DNA from: Sphagnum compactum
Taxonomy: Eukaryota
Assembly (NCBI GenBank): GCA_965153455.1
Contig: OZ234493.1
Location: 20,450,213 to 20,514,212 of the forward strand
Direction of reading: 5' to 3'
Length of the DNA stretch: 64,000 nucleotides
Shown: in pieces, positions 11,770-24,327 of the stretch
Position numbering within the stretch: position 1 is the stretch's first letter
How the letters are laid out: each line of letters starts with the position of its first letter
The notes under the pieces: generated by a model
Seen by the model: only the letters and a program-made list of their open reading frames with translations
Databases searched by the model: none
Told to the model about the DNA's origin: nothing
Program-made: the position numbers and the translations under genes

Positions 11770-12641
11770 GTGGTGCTTGGAGAATGGTGCAACTTTTAGG
11801 GCATACTTGCCTTAAGAAGTTGACACTTATAATTTGGTTTTACTGGGATATCATTATTTTGCGCGGAATTAGGGCTATCAAGTTGGTTCTCAACTAGTTG
11901 CTTCATCAACAAACCACTAGTACCCGTTTGAACTAGTTCTGGTTTGGACAAATCATCATCTGTTCTTTTTTTAGTCAGGTTGTCTATTTCTAAACCTCCA
12001 GTGTTAGACTGTATTGGTTTTTCGATGAATAGGTTACCATAATGGTTTATCTCAACCAATTCTTCATTTGACAAATTATCAAAATAGGTTACTTCAACCT
12101 ATTGTTTAGTGGACAGGTTGTCAAAATGGGTTACCTCCACTGATTCCTCTGGTAAAAAATCACTAGGCTTAGTTAAAATAGGTTGAAGTATTTGATCCTC
12201 CATAAACCTATAAGGTTTCAACTTGTTAATGTTAACTTGTATCGAATTAGGATCAAATTTATTGATAGTCACTATTAATACTATATTGTTTGGTAAACAA
12301 TATTGGATCCTATATGGTCCAAACCATCGTCTCTGAAATTTAGGGGTATGTGCTTTGATAGCTCTTAGAAACCATGAAACATAATCTCCAAACTGGTATT
12401 TTGTCTCAATGTACTAATTTTGAAACCATAACAACTGGTTCCACTAGTTAAGAGCTATTAGGTCTTGTGCTACTAGCCAGTTCTCCTGTAGTTTCTCTAG
12501 TTCTAATAGGCAACTATTAAAACTCTGACAAGTTTTGGATAATAGGTTTGCCCTGGCTTGGATGGTAACATGTACTCTATAGGTAGTAATGGGTGTAATC
12601 CATAGACAAACTGAAATGGAATGCGACCGGATCCAACCTTA

Positions 12642-14848
12642 CACTATTAGAATTCCTAATTTTTTTGACGAGAAATTTTGGTCAAAAAAGACCCATTTTG
12701 GATAGGCGTAAAAAAACCTCTTAGTCATTTTGGACAAGTTATTTTGAACCTATTCATCATGATTGGGTCGTGTACTTTTTGACCAGATTTAGGTTCGTAT
12801 TTTTTATTTGTACTTTTGACTAATCATTTCAACTAATATTTTTTACTAGTCGTTTTGACTAGTCAATACAACAGTCAAATGATTTTTTGACTAATCAAAC
12901 ACTATTTTGACTAGGCAAATGCCATATGGAATTTTTATAGCGGCCACCCAAGTTAAGCCACGTGGCATCTAAACATTGGCCACCTAGGCTCATTTAAACA
13001 TTGGCATGTAGGTTATGCCATGTGGCATTTTAAACATTGGCCATTAGGCTATGCCACATGGATAGAACATAAGCAACCTAGGTTAAGCCTAAAATTAGAT
13101 ACCTATTCTTAAGGTCTCTATGTTTAGGAACCTATAACCTAAGCTCCTAGGCCTAGTTTTAAGAACCTATAACTAGCGACTAGATATAAAAGCTTAAAGT
13201 AGGCTAGGGCAACCTAAGCTATGACCTTTACTAAGCTTACATGTACACCACCTAAATTAAGCCTACACCTAAATGACCTAGGTAGGAAAATCCTATTTCA
13301 TTTTGAATTTAGCCTTTAAGGTTGAGCCTTTTCAATTGGCTCATTTCAAGTGGCCTTCCTTTTTAAAATATTTTTTGTGTTTTGAATGCTTATGGTGCAT
13401 CTATTTATGTTGCTCATCAGTTGAAAAGGATGACTAATAATATAGGACAAACTTTTGGGAAGGAAAAACATTTTCATGTTCACACAACACTAGAGCTTTT
13501 TAGTTCACACAACATTATACCTAGATAACTAGGTAAGATACATAAATTGTGTAAATATATAAATAATGAGGTAGGTAAATATGTATGTTAATTAAGTTAA
13601 AATAAAAATTCATAATAGTTAATGTCTAATTATTTAGTTATAATTAATAATTATAACCAAATTATAACCAATCCTTACAAATTTGACCGAATTCATTATA
13701 TATTATCAACATGTATTTGTAATAATTAATATTTAACTACTTAATAACACATTCATTAGTGTATTTTAGGTAAATAAGTAATTAACCAACTAGTAATTTA
13801 TCATAGGTATATAAATGGCCTACCCTAACCTATATAACTAGGTTACCTATAGGCTAAAGTATAGGTAAATAGGTGGAGTACAAGTATTACATATCAGCTA
13901 TTTGTATTTAGGCTATTTAGCCACATACTTACATTACATAAGATAAATAGGTGGTTAATTTAACCTAGGAAAAATTAATTATGGCAAAACTAATGATTGG
14001 TAAAATAATAATGCCTAAACCAACCACAAATAAAGTAATTATGGCAAAATTAACTATTACTAAACTAATAATGGCTAAACCAACCAGAAATTAAAAAATA
14101 ATTATGGAAAAATAACCATGACTAAACTAATTATGGTTCAATTAACCATATCTAAATAAATAATGGTTAAATATATAATGACTAGACTAATTATGGGTAA
14201 AATAATTATTGCAAAACCAACCATGGCTAAATTAGAAATGGCTAAACTAATTAATAAATAAATATTTTATGGTCAAACCAATCGTGGCTAAACTAGAAAT
14301 GAGCTAAACTAACCATAAATAAAGTTAATATGGTTAAACTAATTAATGCATAACTATTTTACATGGCTAAACCAACTATGCATAAATTAATTATGGCTAA
14401 AATAAACATGAATGAAATAATTATGGCTAAAATCAAAAGGATTAAAATAATTATGGCAAAACTAACCATAGCTAAACTAACCATGAATAAAGTTAATATG
14501 GTTAAATTAAGCAATGAATAAATATTTTACATGGCTAAACCAACTATGCATAAATTAAATTTTGCCTAAAATAAACATGAATGAAATAATTATGGCTAAA
14601 ATCAAAATGATTAAAATAATTATGGTTAAATTAACCATGGCTAAACTAAAAATGGTTAAACTAACCATGAATAAACAAATTTGGCTAAACTAACCACTAA
14701 TAAAGTTAATATGGCTAAATTAATTAATGAATAGATATTTTATGGCAAAACCAATTATGCAAAAATTAATTTTGGCTAAAATAAACATGAATGAAATAAT
14801 TATGGCAACATTAACCATGGTTAAACTAGAAATGGTTAAACTAACCAA
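12642..14848 (+). mobile_element. CACTA/EnSpm-type non-autonomous insert (one recognisable end) in the integrase of element B
   Basis: Starts CACTATTAGAA. Flanked by TTA at 12639-12641 and 14849-14851. Removing it plus one TTA restores the integrase frame ETTF|KVGSG. No TAGTG at the right end. Confidence 0.75.
13975..14848. repeat. AT-rich array of short ATGGCTAAACTAACC-like units with higher-order ~170-210 bp repeats
   Basis: Recurrent ATGGCTAAA/ATGGTTAAA. AAAGTTAATATGG recurs near 14322, 14490 and 14702. Confidence 0.85.
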
Positions 14849-17800
14849 TTAAAAGTAGTTTCATAAGAGAATAAAACTATGGATAAGTGCTCATCCCAAT
14901 CATTCCGAATCTCATTCACTAGTTTCATGAATAATGTACCAAAGACTTGGCTTGTCCATCCCCTTGTGGATAATAGACAATAAAATGATCTCAAAATGGT
15001 ATGTCTCAAAATAAAATGATCGGTTAAATAACAAATAATGTCATCAATGAAATGGGTACCTTGATTTATCACAATGGTAAATGGATAGTCAAACTAGGTG
15101 AAAATGTGGTCATATAAGAATTTCGTAGTGACAATAGTTGTATTGGTGCGCAAAGCTCTAACCTCCACCCATTTGGTAGTATAACCAATGGCAATTAGAA
15201 TGTATCGGTTGCTAGAATAACGACTCATTAATTTAATAGGTTCGATAAAATCCAGTCCCCATTTCTAGGAAGGTTCTTCAAGTAAAATGGTAATTTTGCC
15301 ATATTTTGTGCTAACAAGTTACCTGTTTATTGGCACAAATCATAGGTTTGATAGAATTCATGAACATTTTTGTTCATGGTTGGCCACTAATAACCGGCAT
15401 TGAGGATCTTCCTCACCATGATGTTTGAAAATAGATGTCCTCCACCAATTCCACTATGTAGCTCTTGTGGTATAGTTGGCACCTGTCCAGGTTGCAAAAC
15501 ACGACAAAACATGTTGTCTTATGTAAAGAACTCAATTTTGTAACACAAATGGTTTAGCTCTCTAAATTAAATATTGTCTTTGTGAAGTTGCGAATCTTTC
15601 TGGCATCATTCCCTTTGATAGATAATCATAAACATTTTGTAACCACTATGGCTGTAGAGTGAATAGGTGAGCATTAGTGGTCTGATCAAGTACATTAATC
15701 GATTCTGCTTGATTGGGCAATTTATTTAATGCATCTGTTATTAAATGGGATCTACCAAGTTTATAAACAATTTTGAAGTCATACTCCAAGAATAACAATA
15801 ACTACCTAGCTATTCTGCCAAAAATTTGTGGCTTATTAACCAGGTACACAAGGGCCATGTGGTCAACATAAAATACAAACTAGTTACCTAATAAGGTATG
15901 TCTGAATTTGTGTACGGCATAAACTATAGCTAGGGCTTCCCTCTCAGTAGTACTATAGTTTCTTTTAGCTGAGTTTAACAATCCAAAGGCACACATAACT
16001 GGTTGATGAAACTTACCAATCAGGTTCTATGCAAATATGGCTCTTATTGCTAATTAAGATGCATCTGTATGAACATGAAATTCAAGCTCCTAGTTTGGAC
16101 TGATCAAAATAAGGGCTTGTATATACCAGTTCTTAATCTCCTCCCAAGCATTTTGGCATTTTTTAGTCCATTCAAATACTTCAAATGTTTTGAGCAACTT
16201 AGTGATAGGTGACATGATTGAAATAAAGTTTTTGATGAAACACCTATAAAATTGGGCCATCCTGTTGAAAACTTGGATTTCATGGGGGGTAGTAGGTACT
16301 AGCATGTTTACTAAGGCTTCAACCTTTTTGGGATCCATGACTTTGCCTTTTTTGGACACTATGAAACCTAAGATGGTTCCTGAAAACACCATGAATTCAC
16401 CATTTGTTTGCGTTCAGACTAATACCAACCTCTCTACACTTAAGAAAACACTTCTTCAGCTTCTCAAGGTGAGTTGACAGGTCATTGAAAATCGTAAAGT
16501 CATCAAGAAAAATCTTCATGAATACATCAATGTATTGCCCTCTGATGGGTGGGCGGTCCATTTTTGACACCAAATGGCATCACAACCCACACAAAAGCCC
16601 CCTAGTATGTCACAAAGGCGGTTTTGTGTTGGTTTTTTGGTGTAATTGATATTTGATGATATCCTAAAAACCCGTCCAGAAAGGTATAAAATTCGTGTGC
16701 AACAACTATGTTGATGACCTCATTTCTGAAAGGCAATGGGTAAAGGTCCTTTTTTGTTGCTGCATTGAATTTCCTGAAATCAACACAGATCCTCAACTTT
16801 CCATTCTTCTTAGGAACAACCATTATTGAAAACAACCATGTTGCTTCCTCAATTGGGTTGATAAAACCAACCGCAAGTAACTTATCTATATTTTGTTTAA
16901 CATTAGCAGCATAATTAAGATTCAACCGCTACTTTGCTTAATTAATAGGCGATACTGTGTAATCTAGTTCAATCTAGTGTTAAGCAATCTCTAATGGAAT
17001 ACCTTTCACGTCTTTATATGTCTAGGCAAATACATCTTTGAACTCCTTTAAAAGCTTAATCGGTTGATTTATGACAACTGATTCAAATGTAGAATTCACT
17101 TTCACTTGTTGGTCAAATATGTGTTTCATCAATAATCATTTCTCCAACCTTTGGATGGAAGAAAGTTTCTAGTAAGTGTTGTTTGACAATGTCAGGTGGT
17201 ATAACTAATTTTACAACTAATACACCTACTGTTTTAACAGGTTGTTTTTGAACCGGCTCTGTTATACCAATATATAGTATGCAAACTAGTTTAAGAACAT
17301 GTTCAATATGAGTAGGTACTACTATTGTTCTTATTGAAAACAAGTCTAACTTTGAAGTAAACATCACATCTTTTTTTTATCAGATATTCTGAAATGGAAA
17401 TCATAACAAACTAAGACTTTTGGTTTTTTAGTTTAGGGTCCAAGTTCCTTAGTAGTAGGTATGGTTTTTATTGTATTGGTTCCTTACACATGGTAATGGT
17501 ATTAATTCCCCAATTGTGGGATATTTTGGCATCTTTTAACCATAGGCGTCCTAGTAACATTGAGTAATTAAAATCTATAACATTATTGTTGATAACGGTA
17601 AATGTAACCATATAGGGAATTCCATGAACAAAAATTTTCAGATCTTTAATGAAACCAAGTGGTTTAGCTATAGTTTGATCTACCATACATAGATTATAAA
17701 ACGTTGGATTGGGTTTTGACATACTTAATTGTACTCACAGGTTTTCGGTTAATGATGTTTACTTTAGATCCTTCATCAATTAGCACATCATCAATGAAGT

Positions 17801-18605
17801 TCTTACCAACTTGGACTTGAATCACAACCATCTAATGATCAATAGCCAATGCTATATAGGCAAGTTCAAGTTGAACTGGTTGAACAGACTTAACCAGTTT
17901 GAAAATGTATCGTTTGATGTCTAACACAATCTTCAAGAGTTGCCCCAAGTTGATAACATACTTAGTCTCCAAAACTTGAATACCGATGTCTTTCAAAATT
18001 TCCTCCAAAGTCTTCTCTTGTGATTTTTTTGTGGAGTCAATTGAACAGGTTAGTTGTTAGTGATCGGTTGACTTACTGGTTCTGGTAGAATGGCCCAATT
18101 CGAATGAAATGGTCAAAGGATGCTTCTGATGTCAAGTCACTTCCCTATAATTCTTTAATAGTATGAACAAAAGAATCACACAATTGTTCTTCTATTTACC
18201 AATCAGTTGTTGTTTTTGCCTTCATCGGTTCACATTATCTAAGAGCATGTTGCTCTAGTACTTGGCTACGTGTCATGACATCAGCAACTAGATTGATTGG
18301 TATATTATCAAGTTTAAGATTTTTTGTTACTATAATGGCAGTAGTGGTTGGCTTAGTCCGAAACATGATTTGAACTTCTATCTTTCTAGGACAATCAGGT
18401 GCACGATGTTCAAAACTAAAATAGATAATACAAGGGTATCTTAATGGCACTATGGTTGGTTTAACAAGTTGTGCAGTTACTTCAACCACTAGTGCAACAA
18501 CTTTAATGGGTACAATAAGAACTGTTGGTTTTTCTTTCTTCTTGTTATGATTGGTTTCTCTCACATGACCTGTTTTACCACAATTTGAACAAGTTAATTG
18601 TTGTT

Positions 18606-18878
18606 GGGTGAAATCCTTTAAGGTGTACCACATAGGATGAAAAGGGCCTAGTCCTTAATGTAGTCCTTTTTAATCTTATATTTTGATCCCAATAAAAAAA
18701 ATGAATCAAAAGTTGTTTAAAAATTTCAGAAGGATTATATTTTAGAATATTCCAATTTTAAATTCCATCATAATCATCCATAAATGTGTCTTTACATGGT
18801 AAAAAAGGACTTAGTAAAAAAGATAGAAAAAGGTGATGATGTGACAAGATTTTCGTACACCTTAGAGAATTTGCACCT
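18606..18878. mobile_element. MITE copy 2 (273 bp, TGTT 4-bp TSD)
   Basis: GGGTGAAATCCTTTAAGGTGTACCA...TCGTACACCTTAGAGAATTTGCACCT, with TGTT on both sides. Removal restores the gag frame TAKQQLTCSNC. Confidence 0.92.
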
Positions 18879-18981
18879 TGTTTAGCAGTGGTATAAATGA
18901 CTATGGGTTGTGCAATTGGTTTGGACTTTAGTTGAGTTATCAAAGCATTGTAATTTGCTATGATCGGTCCACTTTCTTCTT

Positions 18982-19202
18982 CAAAAAATTATATAAATTT
19001 AGGTCACGGAAATTTGACTAATTAAATAGTTCATTGTTTGTTAAAGTCAAAATGACTAATCAAAAAATCTTTTAATGTGCTAGTAGAAAAGACCATCCCA
19101 ATCACAATGGTGAGTTCAAATCAACTTATTTAAATTCATAGGGTAATTTGGGTATTTTTTATTGGATTTTTTAGTCAAAACGTACATGTTTTTGTAATAG
19201 TG
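18982..19202 (-). mobile_element. Orphan CACTA terminus, same family as 12642
   Basis: Ends ...TTTGTAATAGTG. The reverse complement (CACTATTAC...AAGTTGATTTGAAC...TGATTGGG) parallels 12642-12780 and the 25591 end. Confidence 0.65.
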
Positions 19203-19844
19203 TGTACATTTAATCATTTTGTTTCCTAGGTCCACTAAACCTAGGCACTATCCTTTCAAACGTTTTGCGTTTTCATTAAGCATTAACTTTGTTCAAGTTT
19301 GCTTTTGGAGCTTTTAAGTCTTGCTACAAGTGTAGTGTTTTTTTTTGGTTCTTTTTGTGTGAAACATCCCCATCTCAACCCCTCATGCATGCAAAACAAT
19401 TTTACAATGTTTTAGCCTCTATAATTACATGAAAGTTGTCGATTGCAAACCCAATCCAAAATGGAAGAAAACTCAACCCCCAAACTCTATGATTAAGTTT
19501 CCTTTGTTTGGATACATTTTAAACATTTTAGGTAACATTCAAATTTTGTGAAACATTTGGGGCAACACATTAACAACTTGACGAATATCATTGGGAACAT
19601 ATGGGAACACAATAATGATTAAATTCCAATCTCCCCCATCCCCAAGGGAAAAAAAAGGTGCCAATATATTCATCATAAGATTTTAGGTTTATATGAAAAT
19701 TTTATTGTAGAATAATTGTTTTCTTTCAAAAATATTATGATAGAATTGACAGTTTGAACTTCATGCAAATTTTATTTAGAGGTTGAAACTTAGTTTGGTA
19801 AATAAAAAATATATTACATCTTCGTGGAGATGTAATACAAGGTA

Positions 19845-22366
19845 GGTGTAACAATGCTAACATTCTCCCAAGTGGCATTCCCACTTATGCCACTCCTTTA
19901 ACTCAAATTTCAAACACACACAGTCTTGCCACAATTGTGTGATGCCTTTATAACACATCCCATGAGTTGAGCAGTTGCCATCATGGCTACCATTCCCTAA
20001 TTTAGAAATTTGACAATAAACAGGGCAAGATTACAATGGCATCTTAGTGTGGCATGAACCTTTTATTTGCATATTTGATGTAGTTCAAACCATCTTTTAG
20101 CATGTCTAATTCCACATGGTACTTGCAGCAACATACATTTTTGTCTTGTGAGGGCTTCACAAAATATGGCTTCAACAATTCGAATGCATGTTGTTTGACC
20201 TTGCATTTTGGGTTGGTTGCTTTAAATCATTAAAAAATGTGGTTTGCAAACCATGACAAATAGTCAATACATATTACAAATATTAAAAACACTACATTTA
20301 TATTAAACTATGAAGCATATAAATATTACAAGTTTACATAATCATAGTACAAAATATTCATGATACAAGAAGTCAACAATCTACACATATATATGCATTA
20401 CAATAATTAGAAAATGTACCAAAATATCAAGTACATATAAACAATGTACATCATAGTCTAATATTTGCAACAATAAATACACAATATATAATGAAAATAC
20501 ATTGAATACATTTACAATATACACAATAAGTAACCTTTGTAATGATAATGCACAATGTATTTTGAAACCTCCACAACAATATATATATGAGACAACATGT
20601 ATTGACATTCAACACAAAATGTTTCATGTTGACATTTTGTGAATGTTTCCCATATTTTAAAGTCTCCAACAACATAACTTAAGAGGACTACATATACCTT
20701 ACCTTTGAAATTCATCAGGAACTATTAAATTGATGTAATTATAATGCACTGTCTTTTTTAAATCATGTGGAAAGTACATCAGGGCCAAAGCATGGTTGGG
20801 GTACCAAAAAGGACTGTCTTTTTTTTTATATCCAATGGACCCCCTCACTTAAACATGTTGTTATAACCTAATGGCACATTCATATTGAAAGTTTGATTTT
20901 CTTCGCGGATAGATACATCACTAAAGTACTATTCTATGCATAGCATATTAAATTTGAATAAGTTTTAGGATTCCTACAAAGTCAAATTACTTCAAGGATT
21001 CATAAGAAATGTTTAAAATTTTTTTCTTGGCCCAAGATTCTTACCACAAACACCTTAAGTATTAATGTACAAAAAAGTTTGAATGTGACAAAAACCAAGT
21101 GCCCTATCGCAATGAAAAAATTTCAAAAAGCGAAATTTTTAGGAATCTTGGGCCATTGATAGAACATGGCCCACATTAGATAAATTTTAATATTTTTACT
21201 TTCATAAGTGGAAACAATAAATATTTAAATGTTTATATAAAAGTTGGAACAAAATTATTTCATTTGACATGAGAAAAAAAAGGGGAAATTCTCTAAGATA
21301 GGTCATAGAAAAAGTGAAGAAAAAGGTGAGTTTGAAAGTCCTAGGAGTGAATCCTTAGTGTTTCAAAGGGGCACCCCAATCATGCTTAGACCCATCAATA
21401 CAAGATCAAAGATTAACTTAGTACCAAGGTTTCCAAAATTACAATGTACATGTGGACATTTCAAGTTTGTAAAAACAAGATCATATGATTTAATATTCAA
21501 AACCTTGTTACATTATCTAATTTTGAAAAAACATGAACTTGACAAGGAGTTAACAGTCAACCTTATTTGGGTTTCAAGCAACAAATGTGTGGCATGTTCT
21601 TCGTACACTTTGGGTGAAACCCGCTTCCTTATGTCGTCGTTCCGATTGGGACTTATTTGTGTTTCCTTAATCCACCAGTTCACCACACATGAAATAGTTG
21701 TTGTATCAAGGGTGTTTGGATGTCTTCTTCAAGTAACAACTACCCATTGTAATGAGCTAGACATTTTTATCTCCCACCTTCTCTCCACAACATAAGATAT
21801 GTTTAATGGGTCTGTCTTAAGGACTTTGGTAAATGCTTAAACACCAACCATTTCTTTGCTGACAATGACACTTAACAAAGTACCCTTGTATGCTAGTTTT
21901 TCCTTTGATTGTATTCCTTGTATTCCTTTGACTTCCTAAAACTCATCTTTCAACCTTGAACAAGAACATGTTAAACCTTTACTTCTATTGGAGGAAGGTA
22001 AAAATGTGGGAGATGAAGTTTGATAATGTTATTGCCCATCAACTTCTCCATAACAACCTTTTTACTAAAATCAATGTGATAAGAAAAAAGTTCAAAGTTT
22101 ATGAAGGTGGCAATCTTTTGCATTGAGCCATACACCTTCATATCAAATGTACCCTCATTTCTTGTTTCCACCACAACTTGTGCAAAGTCGGCTACTTCCT
22201 CTTTAGCTAAATCCTTAGCTTTATGTTTACATTGTCATTGTCTTTCATTTGCGCCCTCTTTTCTTTTCTCTAACTCAAATGCTTCAGCCTCAACTTCTAA
22301 TTGCCTAGTCACTAGACCATTACGAATTCTCCTAACCCTTCTTTGCTTGTCTTTGGTGTTCCCCAT
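19845..22366 (-). pseudogene. Intron-containing DNA transposase relic, Sola2-like N-terminal half
   Basis: Minus-strand translation: MGNTKDKQRR... (ATG 22366); VVNWWIKETQISPNRNDDIRKRVSPKVYEEHATHLLLETQ (~21690-21570); AFELLKPYFVKPSQDKNVCCCKYHVELDML and LWQDCVCLKFELKEWHKWECHLGEC*HC (~20245-19845). The F..L[KR]P..V....CxCxxH motif is recalled from Sola2-type transposases. No catalytic core is seen. Confidence 0.55.
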
Positions 22367-23639
22367 GGAATTGAAACATATTCCCAATACTACAAAAAAT
22401 AACCCTAAAATTAAAAATTAAACATTACAATTTCACAAAACATTTAACTAAAAACACGTGTTCATAAAACAAATTGGATTAACTGCAAGAATGTGATTAT
22501 CAAATCTTTGTGTAAGACAACTTACCGTAAACATAGAAAAATAAACTTGTCGAAACACACAGCTAACTAAGTTCAAACTTGTGCTACAACATGGGAGAGA
22601 TGTCGCATTAGTGTTCATGATCATACCTTGCACCCAAATCCTCCCAATTGACCTTTCTTTTATGCCATCACAACACTTTAATCCAAGATCACCCTCCCGA
22701 GCCCACATTGCCACAATAATAAAGTCAAGAACTACATTTTTCCACCCCCACTTCACCCCCCTTTAGTGTTCAAAATTTCCATTTCGCACTTGTTGAAGTT
22801 TTTGGAAGAACACAACATTGTGCCTTCCTTCCTAATTTAAAACCCTAACTCCCTCATGGCATCCATCTTGCCCCCCCTAGTCAACCATTGATGCAAGTTC
22901 AACGAAGTTTTTGAAACTTCCTTGTAGCTTTGTCCTACCTTTATTCCAAACCCTACTCCCACATGGGGCATCCACTATGGTTTCCCTACCATGCATTTAT
23001 GTTATCATCAAAGTTTTCCAATAGTTTTTAGATATCCATCAAACGGTCAGGGTGGATGGCAATGAACGATCAATATTGATCCCATTTCCATAGTAGTACA
23101 AATAATATTATGAAGTATAATAAAACATTTTGAAGCTAAGAGCACATGGGTTGTTGAATGCCAATTAAATGAAATTAATTCCTGAAATTAATTTTCAGCC
23201 CAAGTGTACTACATTTCAAAATGTGACCCCAAGATAAAGAAAATGTCAAAATGTCAAAATTTTCACCCAAACTGTACTAATGACCTATAAGAGCATCAAT
23301 TTAGTGGTTATGTAATTTTAGTTAATCAAAATATGTGATAAGCTGATGAATAATTTTCCTTGAGTTATAAATTTGTATTTGCAAAATTTCAATGAAAATA
23401 GTTTTGAAAAGGAGAAAAGAATGTTGGCCACTAAGATTCTTATTTTGAGATGGCACTAATCTAGTTACATATTTGACCATGGGTAATCACAAAAGATCTA
23501 AACATATTATAAATTGACGTAATCCTTAAGGTTTACGGTTTACAGAAAATAGGTTTGTAATAATGAAAAATCTTTTGGATTTTCCAATAATGATAGGTTT
23601 ATTATTTAGAATTTTTGTATGAAGACTCTTGGTGAACCT

Positions 23640-24012
23640 CTTTTTGGTGTTGTCAATAACTTGATGGCCACTAAGTTCAATTCATATTTGAAATATTCAA
23701 TAATCTTTTTTCACCTATCTAAATTGCATTTCGTTAATTCTAAAAGGTTTTATTTCTATGTTGTTAACAACCCGGTGGCCATTAGGTTCAATTTGTATTT
23801 GAAATATTCAATAGTGTTTTTTGACCTATGTAAATTATGTTTTGTTAATTTTAAAAGGTCCTATTTTTGGTGTTGTTAACAACTTAGTGGCTACTAGGTT
23901 CAATTTGTATTTGAAATATTCACTAAATTTTTTTTACCCATGTAAATTAAATTTTGTTAATTTTAACAAGTCCTCTTTTTAATATTGCTAACAAGTTAGT
24001 GGCCACTAAGTT
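23640..24012. repeat. ~111-115 bp tandem repeat, about 3.3 copies
   Basis: Repeated AACAAC..GTGGCCACTAAGTTCAATT..TATTTGAAATATTCA block. Confidence 0.85.
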
Positions 24013-24327
24013 ATAGTTGTAATTGAATATGCAATGTTTGAATTAGTAAAATTCATTTTTTGCTATTTTTGGACTTTTGTAAAGTCAAAAAATAATTAAA
24101 TATGTGTTCTAGGCTATTCCAAACTATTTAACCTTAAGCTAATTTTGATTATTCTAGCTATTCCACCCTATGCTATTTTTGTCCACTTTATTTTAAGTAA
24201 TTTTACGTTAGTTTGGGTATTATAGGTTATTCCAGGCTATTCATCGGTTATTCTACCATAGGTTAATTTATTTTATTCTAACGTAGCATATTCTACCTTT
24301 GGTTATTCTTGGCTTTTTTTGGTTATT

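Larger units (their letters stand above)
11770..18981 (-). mobile_element. Related degenerate Ty3/Gypsy element B (5'-truncated in gag; continues at 118-1 beyond element A)
   Basis: Minus-strand gag knuckles CSNCGKTGH and PCIIYFSFEHRAPDCP (18235-18633), PR (17468-17800), RT (16090-16925), RH, and INT with ELHSGIGGGH and KWGLDFIE. Interrupted by a CACTA insert and a MITE. Confidence 0.9.
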
